Assembly (NCBI GenBank): GCA_963840855.1
Contig: CAWJBB010000068.1
Span: forward strand, 32,001-96,000
DNA length: 64,000 nt
Direction of reading: 5' to 3'
Origin: an uncultured delta proteobacterium
Lineage (GTDB): Bacteria; Desulfobacterota; Binatia; UBA9968
In this document: positions 42,744 through 55,257 of the stretch, in pieces
Layout: every line of letters begins with the position of its first letter
How positions within the stretch are numbered: position 1 is the first letter of the stretch
Notes under the pieces: generated by a model
The model's database searches: none
Seen by the model: the letters and a program-made list of their open reading frames with translations, nothing else
What the model was told of the DNA's origin: nothing
Position numbers and translations under genes: made by a program

Positions 42744-43241
42744 CTATTGCGCAGGCCTGCGCACATTTTCGAGATAGCTTTGGCCGCGCCGCAAAAGCGC
42801 GAATACCAGCGGCGCGATCACAGCAGCTATCAAGGCTTCCATAATTATATACCGCACTGCCCCGGTCCAAAACCCCTCCGTGGTCAGAAAAATCGCCCAC
42901 GCCACGACGAGTGCAGCGCCTTTCACCAGAGCCGCCAGTAACACCACCAGTGTGCTCGCAACGGGATTGTGCATCCATATCGATCGCGAACTCAGATAAA
43001 CCGTGAGAAAGACCACCGACATGGCAAAAGCGTTGAGCCCCAAAATGGGGCTGGAAACGACGTCCAGCGAGTAGCCCAGCGCGAATGATCCCAACACCGC
43101 CCCCGCCGTTGGCTGATGCAATCCCCAATAGACGCAAAGTATCAACACCAGGTCGGGAACGACGGGAAAGAGTTGTAAAAAAGTCGACTGTAATAGAACC
43201 ATCAACAGCCCGATCGAGAAGATTAGCAGCGAGAATCTCAT
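42744..43241 (-). CDS. mreD: Rod shape-determining protein MreD
   Basis: Hydrophobic protein with PDLVLI…G..LD; synteny. Confidence 0.9.
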   Translation of the reverse strand: MRFSLLIFSIGLLMVLLQSTFLQLFPVVPDLVLILCVYWGLHQPTAGAVLGSFALGYSLDVVSSPILGLNAFAMSVVFLTVYLSSRSIWMHNPVASTLVVLLAALVKGAALVVAWAIFLTTEGFWTGAVRYIIMEALIAAVIAPLVFALLRRGQSYLENVRRPAQ

Positions 43242-43275
43242 CTGTTCGCAGGCTCTGTCGAAGAATCGGGGAGAG

Positions 43276-44109
43276 TCACTTTCGCTCCTGGACTTGCTGA
43301 GCGCTCACTACGAGCACGTGTTCCGTGCGCTCGAGGGTGACCGCCGGCATGACGCCAATCTGCTGAAAAAGTCCGACAGTCTGCTTGCGGACCGTAGTTA
43401 CCGTGGCCACCATCATCCCTCTGGGATAGACGCCGTCCAGTCCAGAAGTGACGAGGCGGTCGCCGACTTGAACATCCTCGCTATGCTTGACGTATTTCAT
43501 GATCGGACCGTTCTCCAGCGAACCGGACACGATGCCTCGCGCGCGGGTGCGTTGCACGACCACGTCCACGCCGCTGTTGGGATCGATAATCAGCAGCACC
43601 TTGGCAGTGCGCGGGGCAAGCTCGATGACCCGACCCAATGCGCCTAATGGCGTCACCACCGCCATACCCGTGCGGATGCCATCGGCGCTGCCCTTGTCCA
43701 ACAGACAGCTCTTGAACCACGGACTGGCACTCGCGGCTATGATCGACGCCGTGATGCCGCTGCCCGGCACCTGAGAGCGAAACTCCAATAACTGTTGTAG
43801 GCGCCGGTTGGTCGCGTCCGATTCCATAAGACGATTACGTTCTTTTTCAAGTTCGATGAGTTTCTGCCGGAGTCGTTCATTCTCAACTTTGTAGCCCTCC
43901 AGCGTAAGGTAGCTTTCCCGGAACCCCTTGATCCAACCGGTGGCGGTTTGGAACATGACCTGAAGCGGCCGCAATACCCAAAGCAGCGTCGGACCTACCG
44001 GATCGCTTTTTAAGTACCCACGCGCCGCCGCGGTGAGAATGTAAATGGATAGGAAAACGCAAAGGCAGGAGCTAACGGGAACTTGGTACTTGCGCAGAAA
44101 TACGAACAT
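43276..44109 (-). CDS. mreC: Rod shape-determining protein MreC
   Basis: Coiled coil ENERLR, DKGSADG and VTSGLDGVYPRG. Confidence 0.95.
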   Translation of the reverse strand: MFVFLRKYQVPVSSCLCVFLSIYILTAAARGYLKSDPVGPTLLWVLRPLQVMFQTATGWIKGFRESYLTLEGYKVENERLRQKLIELEKERNRLMESDATNRRLQQLLEFRSQVPGSGITASIIAASASPWFKSCLLDKGSADGIRTGMAVVTPLGALGRVIELAPRTAKVLLIIDPNSGVDVVVQRTRARGIVSGSLENGPIMKYVKHSEDVQVGDRLVTSGLDGVYPRGMMVATVTTVRKQTVGLFQQIGVMPAVTLERTEHVLVVSAQQVQERK

Positions 44110-44157
44110 GAGGGCTCGGTCGCCAAAAAAGGCGGGAGACTCAGGGACTACGCGTGA

Positions 44158-45357
<1,200 letters not shown>

Positions 45358-45388
45358 CTACACTGCGTGCCCGAAAGGTCCCTAACTC

Positions 45389-47299
45389 ATGCTCGACTTT
45401 TTAAGGAAACGTAAAAGATCTTGGATCATCACGTTTCTCCTCGGCATCATCATCGTGGTTTTTGTCGCTTTTTACGGCGGCACTCAATTTCAGGACTCAG
45501 GAGTTCTCCATGTCGGCACGGTCAACGGCGAGATCATCACTCAGCGCGAATTCGCCCAGCGCTATCAACGGGAAGTGAACCGTTACCGCGATCTTTTCAA
45601 GGGTTCACTGACCCCCGATATGCTCAAGAGCCTGAATCTCGAGGCCATGCTTATCGACGATCTCGTCAACAAGAAGTTGGCGCTGCAGGAAGCGCGCAAA
45701 CTAGGAATTACGATCACCGATGATGAGTTGGCGCTCGCCATCGCCAAGGCGCCCGAATTTCAGATCAGCGGCAGCTTCAACAAAGGTCGCTACCTGCAAC
45801 TTCTTGGCGCCAACAAAATCAGCCCGGCGGAATTCGAAGACGAGCAGAGAGAGCAATTGATGCTGCAAAGACTGTACGAGGTGGTGACGGACGCGGTGCG
45901 AATTACCGACGCCCAGCTGCAAGAACGTTACCGTTTCGCGCACGAGAAGATCAATCTTCACTTTATCCGGTTGCCGCTCAGCGATTTCACGGCGTCGGTC
46001 AAGCTCACAGACGACGAAATTAATAATTTCTATCAACGCAACCAGGAGATGCTTAAGGAACCGCCAAAGGTTCAAGTCGAGTATCTCGCCTATCCCTTCG
46101 ACAAATTCACCGCGGCGGTAAGAATTACGGACCAAGAGATAGAAGATTACTATAAGGCCAACCGGGATACGAAGTTTCGCAAACCCAGGCAGGCCAAGGT
46201 GAAATATATTTCGCTTCGTCTTGCGCCCGACGCCGCGGCCAAAGAAAAGGAAGCCGTCAATGCGCGCGCCGCGCGCATTGTCGCCGACGCCCGCGGAGGA
46301 AAAGATTTCAATCAGATCATTAAGGAGGTTTCCGCCGATCCGGCCAGTGCCAGCGGCGGCGACGCCGGCTGGGTCGTGCAGGGACAGCTGCCACCGCAAC
46401 TGGAAAAAGCCGTCTTCAGCCTTGCCAAAGGCCAGGTCAGCGACGCGGTGGACGCGCCCGGCGGTCTGCAAATCGTCAAGGTCGAAGACTTCAAGGATGA
46501 AAAAACCGAAAGCGTGAAGGAAGCCGGCGCTGAGATCACGAAGACGTTAACCGGAGAAAAAGCGAAACGGGCCGCCGCCGCGGCCGCCGACAGCGATCGC
46601 GAGAAAGCATTGTCGGGGGTGGATTTTGCCAAGCTGGCGGGGGAGAGCTCCAATAGCGTCAATGTGACGCGCCTGTTTGCCAACGGCGAAGTGCTCCCGG
46701 AAATCGGGCAAAACCAGGAGTTTTACAAGAACGCCTTTGCCTTGGACGCCAAAGGAATCAGCCCCATCGTAGAAGGCAACGCAGCGTATTATTTGCTGCG
46801 GCTGAAACAGAAAAAAGAAGCGGCGGTGCCGCCGTTGGCAGAGATCAGGCCAAAAATCGAACAGAACATTGCCGGTAGCAAAGCCCAGGACTTGCTTGCG
46901 CAAAAAGCAAATACCCTCTTGGAACAACTCAGGAAGGAGAAAAACATCGCGCGCCTCGCCGAGCAAAACGGCTTGAAACTGGACGAAACGGGATTGTTTG
47001 CGCGCGGCGCCGGACAGTTGCCGAAGATCGGTGAATTGCAAGATTTGATGACGCGTGGAATTCCTGTATCCGCGCAAAGCCCCATTGCCGATAAGGTTTA
47101 CAAGCAAAAGGATGCTGCGTATATCATCGCCTTCAAATCTAGCGAACCGGCCGATATAACGCGCTTCGAACAAGAAAAAGATACGCTCAAAAAGCAAGCC
47201 CTCTCGGAAGCCCAACAGCGCGTGGTAAAAAAATTCATCGATGGACTTAAAGCAAAGGCCGATATCAGGATGCAAAACCTTGGCGTCGGAGAAAGCTAG
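45389..47299 (+). CDS. ppiD: SurA N-terminal / parvulin PPIase (PpiD-like)
   Basis: N-terminal TM, VNGEII and S.DP.SASGGDAGW rotamase motif. Confidence 0.85.
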   Translation: MLDFLRKRKRSWIITFLLGIIIVVFVAFYGGTQFQDSGVLHVGTVNGEIITQREFAQRYQREVNRYRDLFKGSLTPDMLKSLNLEAMLIDDLVNKKLALQEARKLGITITDDELALAIAKAPEFQISGSFNKGRYLQLLGANKISPAEFEDEQREQLMLQRLYEVVTDAVRITDAQLQERYRFAHEKINLHFIRLPLSDFTASVKLTDDEINNFYQRNQEMLKEPPKVQVEYLAYPFDKFTAAVRITDQEIEDYYKANRDTKFRKPRQAKVKYISLRLAPDAAAKEKEAVNARAARIVADARGGKDFNQIIKEVSADPASASGGDAGWVVQGQLPPQLEKAVFSLAKGQVSDAVDAPGGLQIVKVEDFKDEKTESVKEAGAEITKTLTGEKAKRAAAAAADSDREKALSGVDFAKLAGESSNSVNVTRLFANGEVLPEIGQNQEFYKNAFALDAKGISPIVEGNAAYYLLRLKQKKEAAVPPLAEIRPKIEQNIAGSKAQDLLAQKANTLLEQLRKEKNIARLAEQNGLKLDETGLFARGAGQLPKIGELQDLMTRGIPVSAQSPIADKVYKQKDAAYIIAFKSSEPADITRFEQEKDTLKKQALSEAQQRVVKKFIDGLKAKADIRMQNLGVGES

Positions 47300-47320
47300 T
47301 CCGAGGCGCGAGGAATAACG

Positions 47321-47926
47321 TTGGAGGTCGTTCTTGTCCGACATGGCGCCACCGACTGGAATCTTCAGGGCCGTTGCCAAGGTTCCTCGGATCGAGCGCT
47401 CAGCGAAGCCGGTGAACGCCAGGCCGAGGAAGTTGCTGCTAACCTTAGCCAGGAGAAGTTGAGCGGCGTCTATTCGAGCGGCTTGATTCGCGCCAGGCGC
47501 ACCGCGCAATTCATCAGCCGGCCGCACGGCCTGCCAGTGCGGATCGAAAACGACGTGCGCGAGCTCGATCACGGCGCCCTCGAGGGGCTGACGTTCAACG
47601 AAATCAAAGAGCAATATCCCGACTTCATCCAGAGGTGGCGCACCGAGCCGGCTGAACTTCAGGTGCCGGGGGGCGAGAGATTAATAGATGTTCAACGACG
47701 CGCCTGGGAAGGTTTAAACCGCATCGTGGACCGTCACGAGAAACGTGAAACGGTGGTCGTCGTGAGCCACAACTTTCCGATCCTCGGAATTATCTGTCAC
47801 GTCACCGGCACGCATTTGAATAGCTACCGCTCTTTCCACCTCGAACCATGCGGCCACACCCGGCTGCAATTGGACGCCGGCGCGTGGCGGTTAACGCATA
47901 TCAACGACAAGATTTACGCGCCGTAA
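47321..47926 (+). CDS. Histidine phosphatase family protein
   Basis: RHGAT.WN, YSS.L.RA and VVSH. Confidence 0.92.
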   Translation: MEVVLVRHGATDWNLQGRCQGSSDRALSEAGERQAEEVAANLSQEKLSGVYSSGLIRARRTAQFISRPHGLPVRIENDVRELDHGALEGLTFNEIKEQYPDFIQRWRTEPAELQVPGGERLIDVQRRAWEGLNRIVDRHEKRETVVVVSHNFPILGIICHVTGTHLNSYRSFHLEPCGHTRLQLDAGAWRLTHINDKIYAP

Positions 47927-48032
47927 ACCGCGCCGGGCGTTTAAGCAGTTTGGAGTTCCAGGTCTTGAGTCTCGAGTTCCGATTCGCCACCTAACACCCG
48001 AAACCTGAAACTGCAACACGAGACCCGAGACT

Positions 48033-49577
48033 CTAGACGCTGGACCGCTTCGCCAGTGACGCGACAGCAAAAAACAGCGCTGCGAGCATCAGATAACCCG
48101 CGGCAAACTCGGGCGCCGCAAGAAAACCAAATCGATTGACAACCCCGGCCGGCGTAAGATCGTAGGCATGGATCACGCCGATGGCGGACAACGCTGATGC
48201 GGCGAGCGACCACAGGCCGGCCCGTTCAAAACGTCTTTCGATAAGCGCCACACCGATGGCTGCGAGAATCATAGAAGTAAAAATAAACCCACGCTCCAAC
48301 GAGATCATGCCGTGAATTGCCAGGCTCTCCTGGTTGAATCTGGGCAGACCGACTTCATACAGTGATTTACCCGCCGCCCTGACGCCGGTCTCGACCATCA
48401 ATAGTCCCCAGCCGGCCAATGCGGGGACGATGCCTAGCGCCACCGCCGGGGCGTGTTCTTTTGGCGTCTCTTGAAAGGACTGAGCGACAATGATGATGCC
48501 GATGTAGAGGAGAATGCCGATCCCGGCTTCAAGGGGTATGAGGCCGAGCACAACCTGGATCGTGCCTGTGAGGCAAAGAAAACTGATGAAGATGCCATTG
48601 AGCGCGGAATAGCCGGAGCGCGCGCCGAGCCGTTTCCAGCCTGGGTGACCGATGTAGATGGTCGTGGGAAAGACGCTGCCAAAGCAAGCCGCCACGACGG
48701 AGCCGATGCCGTTGGCCATGAGCGATGGAAATGTCTCAAATCGATCGCCCGCGGCCTCGGCGCTTTCGATGTTTTGCAACGACCCGACGACATTGAAAAT
48801 CCCCATGGGGAAAATCACCGAGAAATAATTGAGAAACGCCGGATGCATCATCGCTTCCCAGAGCGACCCCACTGCAAAGCTAGGCGCTGAAAACGTAACG
48901 TCTACGACAAGAGCTTTCCCGTTCATCGTGCCAAGCAACCAAGCGAGGATCGTACCAACCGCGACGGCCACCATTCCTCCAGGCAAACCAAGAGGTAGTT
49001 TCTGATGGGAAAAATAAGCGACGAAGATCAACGCCATCGGCACCAACGCAACCAACGGCTGGGCAAAAATCTTGAATGTAAAATCCATGGCGATGAAAGT
49101 AATCGCGATGCCCGCTAAGGCGGAAAGCAGCGCCGCTCTTGGCGTCACCCGGCGCACGCTCTCGGCTATGAACGCGCAAATGATTTCGATGACACCGTTG
49201 AGAAAGCACGCGACCAGCCCGACTTTCCAAGCCCACACCGGATCCTTGGTCTCGAGATAGATCGGCAACATGATGAAAAAAACGAAGGCGAAGAGACTCA
49301 CGGTATTGATGCCGTAGGGCAACGCAGTCACATCGTCCCGGCCCGTCGCGCGCGCGAGCCGGCGCGCCTGCCAGGCATAGAAAACATTGCCGGCCAGGAT
49401 CGAGATCGCCGCGCCCGGGAGGATCTTGCCGAAAATGAAACTGTCCGGCAGATGAATCAGTTCGCGGCAGAGACCGACGATGAGAATGAGCTGAATCAAG
49501 TTGTCGATCATCAGACCGAAGAACCCGTCCAAATCCTTGCGCACGAACCAGGGTGGGTTGGATAATGATTGTGACAT
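48033..49577 (-). CDS. NCS2/AzgA-like permease
   Basis: DLDGFFGL..DN, TALPYGIN and YIGHPGWK; many TMs. Confidence 0.85.
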   Translation of the reverse strand: MSQSLSNPPWFVRKDLDGFFGLMIDNLIQLILIVGLCRELIHLPDSFIFGKILPGAAISILAGNVFYAWQARRLARATGRDDVTALPYGINTVSLFAFVFFIMLPIYLETKDPVWAWKVGLVACFLNGVIEIICAFIAESVRRVTPRAALLSALAGIAITFIAMDFTFKIFAQPLVALVPMALIFVAYFSHQKLPLGLPGGMVAVAVGTILAWLLGTMNGKALVVDVTFSAPSFAVGSLWEAMMHPAFLNYFSVIFPMGIFNVVGSLQNIESAEAAGDRFETFPSLMANGIGSVVAACFGSVFPTTIYIGHPGWKRLGARSGYSALNGIFISFLCLTGTIQVVLGLIPLEAGIGILLYIGIIIVAQSFQETPKEHAPAVALGIVPALAGWGLLMVETGVRAAGKSLYEVGLPRFNQESLAIHGMISLERGFIFTSMILAAIGVALIERRFERAGLWSLAASALSAIGVIHAYDLTPAGVVNRFGFLAAPEFAAGYLMLAALFFAVASLAKRSSV

Positions 49578-49700
49578 GAGATGAGTTTCCTGTTTTGAAA
49601 TTTCGCCGAATGTAGCTGTCACGGCTTTATTCTGTCAATCGGAATGACCGCTAACGAAATGAATCAGGAGGCAAGGCAGCACCGTCGCCAACGGGGCGTA

Positions 49701-52700
49701 TTACACGTCTCGATCAGACATGACTGGAAGCCCGGGCTCATACGTCGCCGTGAACACGGTGTCCGCCAGCCACTTCTGAAACGCGGGGTTCTCGCTAAAT
49801 TGTTTGAACAGTTCGGTGTGGTCCGACAACAGGCCGACGAGTACTTTCTTCAAGGCGATGTCGTGTTCGATCCGAGCGTTTTGCTTGTCTGAGTTTTTCA
49901 TGGCGTTCTGGTAGGCTTTATCTGCGGCGACCTTCGCAGGAATTTCCTCGGTGATAACCTTGCTGATTTTGTCCGCGTCCTTCCAGTCGATGTTCCCAAA
50001 TTGATCATTGAACGCCTTGAGGATATTGCTCAGCCGGTCAAGCTCCGGTTCGGGTTTGTGCCCTCCGCCGATTGTCGGAACAGGCCCGATCTCTGCGTCG
50101 GCATCCGGTAATTGGATCTGGATTGCAGCCTGCTTTTCGACACGGTAACTATCCATGTCAATGGTTTCGAGAATGCCTTTTGAGAGATCTTGCTCCTCTG
50201 GCGCCGGCAATTTCGGGATAAGAAAGTTGAGGAAGATAGAGCGTTTCTCCCACTCCGCGTTCGTGTACGGCAAAATTGACGAGAGAAAGCCGTAGGTGCG
50301 GACGAATGCCTTGGCTTTTCCCTTGAAGTCTACTTGACCGTCCTCATCGAGCTCCTCTTTATAGGTGGCCACACAGCCATCGAGAATCGGGTCGAGCTTG
50401 TCACGGTCGGCTCCGCCCAAATAGAGCCCCACTAATTGATCGACCTGTTCCTGCGCGTACACCTGATAACCATCCAGGGCGGCTTTCAAATCGTGGAGTT
50501 TGTTAGGATCCGTCTCCTCGCTGAGGATTGTCGTGCGATAATAGTCCGTGAAGGCGTCCTGAATCGTATCGGTGTCATTCATGAAATCTAAGACGAACGT
50601 GTCATACTTCTGCGGTCGCGCGCGGTTCAGCCGCGATAACGTCTGCACCGCCTTGATCCCGCTCAGGACTTTATCGACGTACATCGTATGCAAGAGCGGC
50701 TCGTCGTAACCGGTTTGAAATTTGTCCGCGCATATTAGAAACCGGTAAGGGTCTTCTTGGATCTTGTCAGCAATTTTGTTACTTGGGAATCCGTTCAGCG
50801 ACGCCTCCGTGACTTTCACACCGCCATAATCATGCTCGCCCGAAAAGGCGACGATCGCCCGGGTAGGGCTCTTCCGCTCCTTCAGATAGTCGCGAATGGT
50901 GTGAAAATACTGGATGGCGCGCTGTACACCGCTACACACGACCATCGCCCGAGCCTGCCCGCCGATCTTATTCAAACCGATCACCTGCTCGTGGAAATGA
51001 TCCGCCATGATCTCGGCCTTAAGTCGGATGGCGTGGTCATGGCTCTCGACATATCGGCGCAGCTTCTTTTTTGCTCGTTTGGTGTCGAATTCTGGATCGG
51101 CCTCGACCGTCTTCACAAGTCGATAGTAACTCTCGACCGGAGTGTAGCTCTTCAAAACGTCGAGGATGAAGCCTTCCTGAATCGCCTGCTTCATCGTGTA
51201 GCTATGGAACGGCCGGTGTTTTACCTTTCCGACCTCGTTGTAAGCTTCACCAAAGATTTCCAGCGTCTTATTCTTGGGAGTGGCGGTAAACGCGAAGTAG
51301 CTAGCATTGGGCAGCATCTTCCGCGCTTCCATGATCCGGTTAATCTGATCCTCAAGCGTCTCCTCGTCTTCGTCACCGCCCTCTTCGGAAAGGGCGATGT
51401 TCAGTTTCGCGGCTGCCCGGCCACCCTGGCTGGAATGAGCTTCGTCGATGATGATCGCGAATTTCCGCCCACGGTGCTCATCCCCAATTTCGTCAAGAAT
51501 GACCGGAAACTTTTGGATGGTCGTAATAATGATCTTCTTGCCGCTCTCAATAAACTTCCGGAGATCACCCGAGTGCGCGGCATGGCCGACCGTGGCGCTT
51601 ACCTGGCTATACTGCTTAATGGTGTCGCGGATTTGCTTATCGAGGATGCGCCGATCCGTGATAACGATGATCGAGTCGAAGAGCGGCACTTCCTCTTTTT
51701 TGAGGTCAATGAGCTGGTGCGCCAGCCAGGCGATGGAGTTCGATTTTCCGCTACCAGGCGGAATGCTGGATAAGATAGCGATGGCCAACGCCCTCTTCGG
51801 CGCTTGCGGCAAGCAACTTCCTGACAACGTCAAGCTGATGGTAGCGCGGAAAGATCTGCTCGCGCTTCTTCCTACCGGTTTTTGGGTCCTTGCTCTCGAC
51901 TATCTGAGCATAGTTCTCAATAATGTTGGTGAGACCTCGTCTCGTTAGCGCCTGCTTCCAGAGGTAATCAGTTTTTAGACCCTCCGGATTGGGCGGATTT
52001 CCCGCACCGTTGTTCCAGCCTTTGTTAAACGGGAGAAACCATGAAGCCTTCCCTTTGAGTTGCGTGCAGAACTGGACTTCGTGATCGTCAACAGCGAAGT
52101 GAAGGATACATCGGCCGAACTGGAATAACAGTTCCCGCTGATCGCGGTCGCGTTTGTACTGCTCCACCGCATCCGCAAACGGTCTGTTTCGTTAGACTGT
52201 TTTTTAATTCGAACGTGGCGATCGGTAGACCATTGATGAAAAGACAGAGATCGAGGGCAAGTTGTGTCTCATCTCTGCTGTATCTGAGCTGCCGAGATAC
52301 GTTGAAGCGGTTCTGAGCGAAGAGTTTTCTTGCCTTATCATTTCCCGGAGACGGAGTGCCGTAGAAAAGATCAACATGGTGCGCTCCGTGCTTGATACCG
52401 CGCCGGAGCACGTCGATCACGCCTCGTTTTGTAATCTCGCCTTGGAGCCGAGCTAGAAAAGTTCGCCGTGTGGGACTGTCATGCTCAAGATCGAGTGCCT
52501 GAACCAGCGGTCGCTGGGTCTCGAAGATAAAGTTACCAAGCTGCGGCAGGTCTACTGCATACTCGCGGTCGTAGGATTTGGCATCGCCGAGAATCCAACC
52601 GCCCCTGCCGAAACCTGCCTCTGAATCGGCCGCCTCTTCCGGTTTAAGCGGCAGTTGCTCCGGGTCTGCCAGTCATCGCGGCAATGATTAGGCTTTCGAG

Positions 52701-52727
52701 GCCCTTTTCGCTTGTGTCGGTGGTCAC
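49701..52727 (-). CDS. hsdR: Type I restriction endonuclease subunit R (frameshifted)
   Basis: Starts TTDTSEKGLE; NGLPIATFELKN, GSGKSN, DEAHSSQ, FTATPK and QTLSRLNR. Confidence 0.93.
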
Positions 52728-52933
52728 GCCAGCCATTTCATCAAGTACACATCAAATACCGCGGCCTAATATAAGTCATTGATATTTCTTGCTTTACCGC
52801 GCTGCTAGTCATACCTTAGCCTCGTTTCATCAAGTACGAACTTCTCGACGAGGGTCAGCCCAGATCGGAACACAGCGCATCAGCTTAGGTTCGCGCACCA
52901 GGCTCACAGGATACTCGGCAGATCGGTCGGTGG

Positions 52934-54384
52934 TCATGCCTCGTTCGCGTCTGGGAAAGTATCGGTGGCCGAGCCCCCGTTGTCTTCTTCGCCCTCGCTT
53001 AGCATTTCCGTGTCATCGAGTTGCTCAGCTCTTCGATTTCCTCCGGCAACTTTGCAGCCGCCTCGCGCACGTCGAGCTGTCCCGTCACCACATCCGCCAC
53101 TAAGCGCGTCCGATATTCGCGGATCAACGCGATCTCACGCTCAGTGCGAGCGATGGCGGTGTCGAAAGTCACTAACTCGGAATCGAGAAAATCGCACATT
53201 GCGTCCTGCTCTGCCTTCGAAGGGACAAGCACTGTGAGGGCCTTGATATCGCTAATGTTGATTCGCTTGAAAGTTGAGCCGACGAGAAGGAGTTCTAACT
53301 GATGCACCATGAATCGGCTATGGAGCAAATAGTTTAGAAAGCGCTGATTCTGAGACTGCGAGCGGATTAGGCACACGTCCTGTCCCATCGCAAAATCAAT
53401 GTCGGTCTCTATGATCGCGCAGGCACCGACGCTCGTATTTCGGCAATAAATGAGATCACCGCGCTTTGGCTTGCGGTTACCTTCAATCAGAAGACGATAC
53501 CATTCCGGTTTTGTCTTCTTACATCGACGGAGATCTAACGTGAAAGGTTGAACTTCGACGACGCTCGCCAAGGGGATTCCGTCTTCAACAAAAGGAACGG
53601 TCAAGTGCTTGCAGTCAGTGACAGTCCAATAACGACGAAGAGCCGCAACTTCCCAATGCTCCGGGATCTCGCCGAGCCAAGGGATACCGCAGGGCTTAAA
53701 GCGGACGTTCGGGTCGAGACCGCGGGTCACGGCCCGGTGGATAATGGCCTGCTTCTGCTCGTTCAACAGCGCGATCAGCTTCTTCTTCGCCCGGATGTAG
53801 CGCTCGATCCGGCGGTTGGCGTGGTCGAGAAAGCGGACGATGGCGGATTTGTTCGTCGGGAGCGTGGAGCCGGGGAGACCATGCTGATTTGAACTGGTCC
53901 CGAATGACAGCCTGTTGCCGGTCCTTGACGATTCCGCGCGAGTACGCGTCCACCTCGGACATGTAGACGTCAGTGCGAAACAAGTAGCTGTAGTACTCGT
54001 GTCGCGACTTCGCGCAAAAGGACGCTGCGACGACATACGCGGGGCTGACCAGGCCATCAACCGGTGCGACCCCTACAGCTCCCTGCCACATCCGCATCAT
54101 GTTGTAGGCCAAGATCGCCCGGTAGACACGCGCGTATTGATAACTCTTCCGCAAGTCGCACATGACCTGCTTGCGCAGGGAGTTCTCGAAGTCGCGGGAC
54201 ACGAATACCCGTGTCTTCAGCGATGACCGTCGAGGATCGGCAGATCGCGCAAAGCCTGTGTTGCGTTTCGCTGCGCGAACAGACTGCCGTTCCGAACATA
54301 TCTGCCAATGCACCGGAATCCTCCCCAACCAGGGTAGGCCAGAGTTTCTTGTATTCAGGAATAAGGCTTGAGATCGTCGATCAT
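52934..54384 (-). CDS. hsdS: Type I R-M specificity subunit S (5' half error-rich)
   Basis: SGLPWLG, IALLNEQKQAIIHRAVTRGL, GIPWLGEIPEHW and EYRTRLVADVVTGQ. Confidence 0.9.
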
Positions 54385-55257
54385 CGACCGACCTCTGCAT
54401 CCTGGATGGCTTTTAGGGTGCGGCCATCTTTTGTTTTCCATTCTATGCGGCCATTCGCAGAACGACCAAGAACGACACCCGCTGCGGTTGACGGTGACGC
54501 GAAGACATAGTCCTGTGTGACTGTGTAGAACGCCCCGCTATCAGCGAACACGCCTTGCTCGATCAAAGAGCGGCGCAACTCGCTTAGGTACGCATGAATC
54601 GACGCGACTTCAGTCTTGACTGCTTGGGAGCCTTCTCGCACTACGAAACCTGTCGCGGTCTCATACCCTCTCGCAGTAACTCCCTTGGACTCAAGAACAA
54701 ACTCGTTTGTCATCGGTTTGGGTAAGGGTGCCGCCTCGAAGAATCCATAACCTAGCACCGGCACGCAAAGGAGGACATCGGCCAGAAAACCCTCGACCTC
54801 AGCAGTATCAGACTCGGACAGCGACGGCGCCTGCGGCGCGTTCCCATTATCTAGTGTGCAGCGTTTGGCGGCTTTTGCGAATTCGATAAGCCGAGATTCT
54901 AGAAATTGAACATGCGCTTTGTTGAGGTTTTGGTCTTTGCTAGTGAACGCAACGGCATGAGTCCAGAAATCCTTGTTCTTAGCGTGCTGGTCAAGGCGTG
55001 GCCCGATCGGATCGCCCTCTCCAACATAGACACGCGGTCAACTGCGACTGTCTCATCGGGACCAACGAGAAAATACACACCGGCGCGTTGGAGCTCTGTG
55101 CGTGCTCCGAGTCTCAACGAAAGAGCGTACGTGGGATAACAAGCCCTGCTCCCGGTCCAATTCGATTTTTCGATGACCTTGACTCCGTCAGGGTCACCCC
55201 CCGGAAGAAAAAGCCTTCACCGAAAACGCCTTTGGGGCGTTCCCAACTGCTGTTCAT
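54381..55257 (-). CDS. GIY-YIG nuclease with DUF4357 (frameshifted)
   Basis: GVYFLVG…VYVGEG and C-terminal FASPSTAAGVVLGRSANGRIEWK. Confidence 0.85.
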
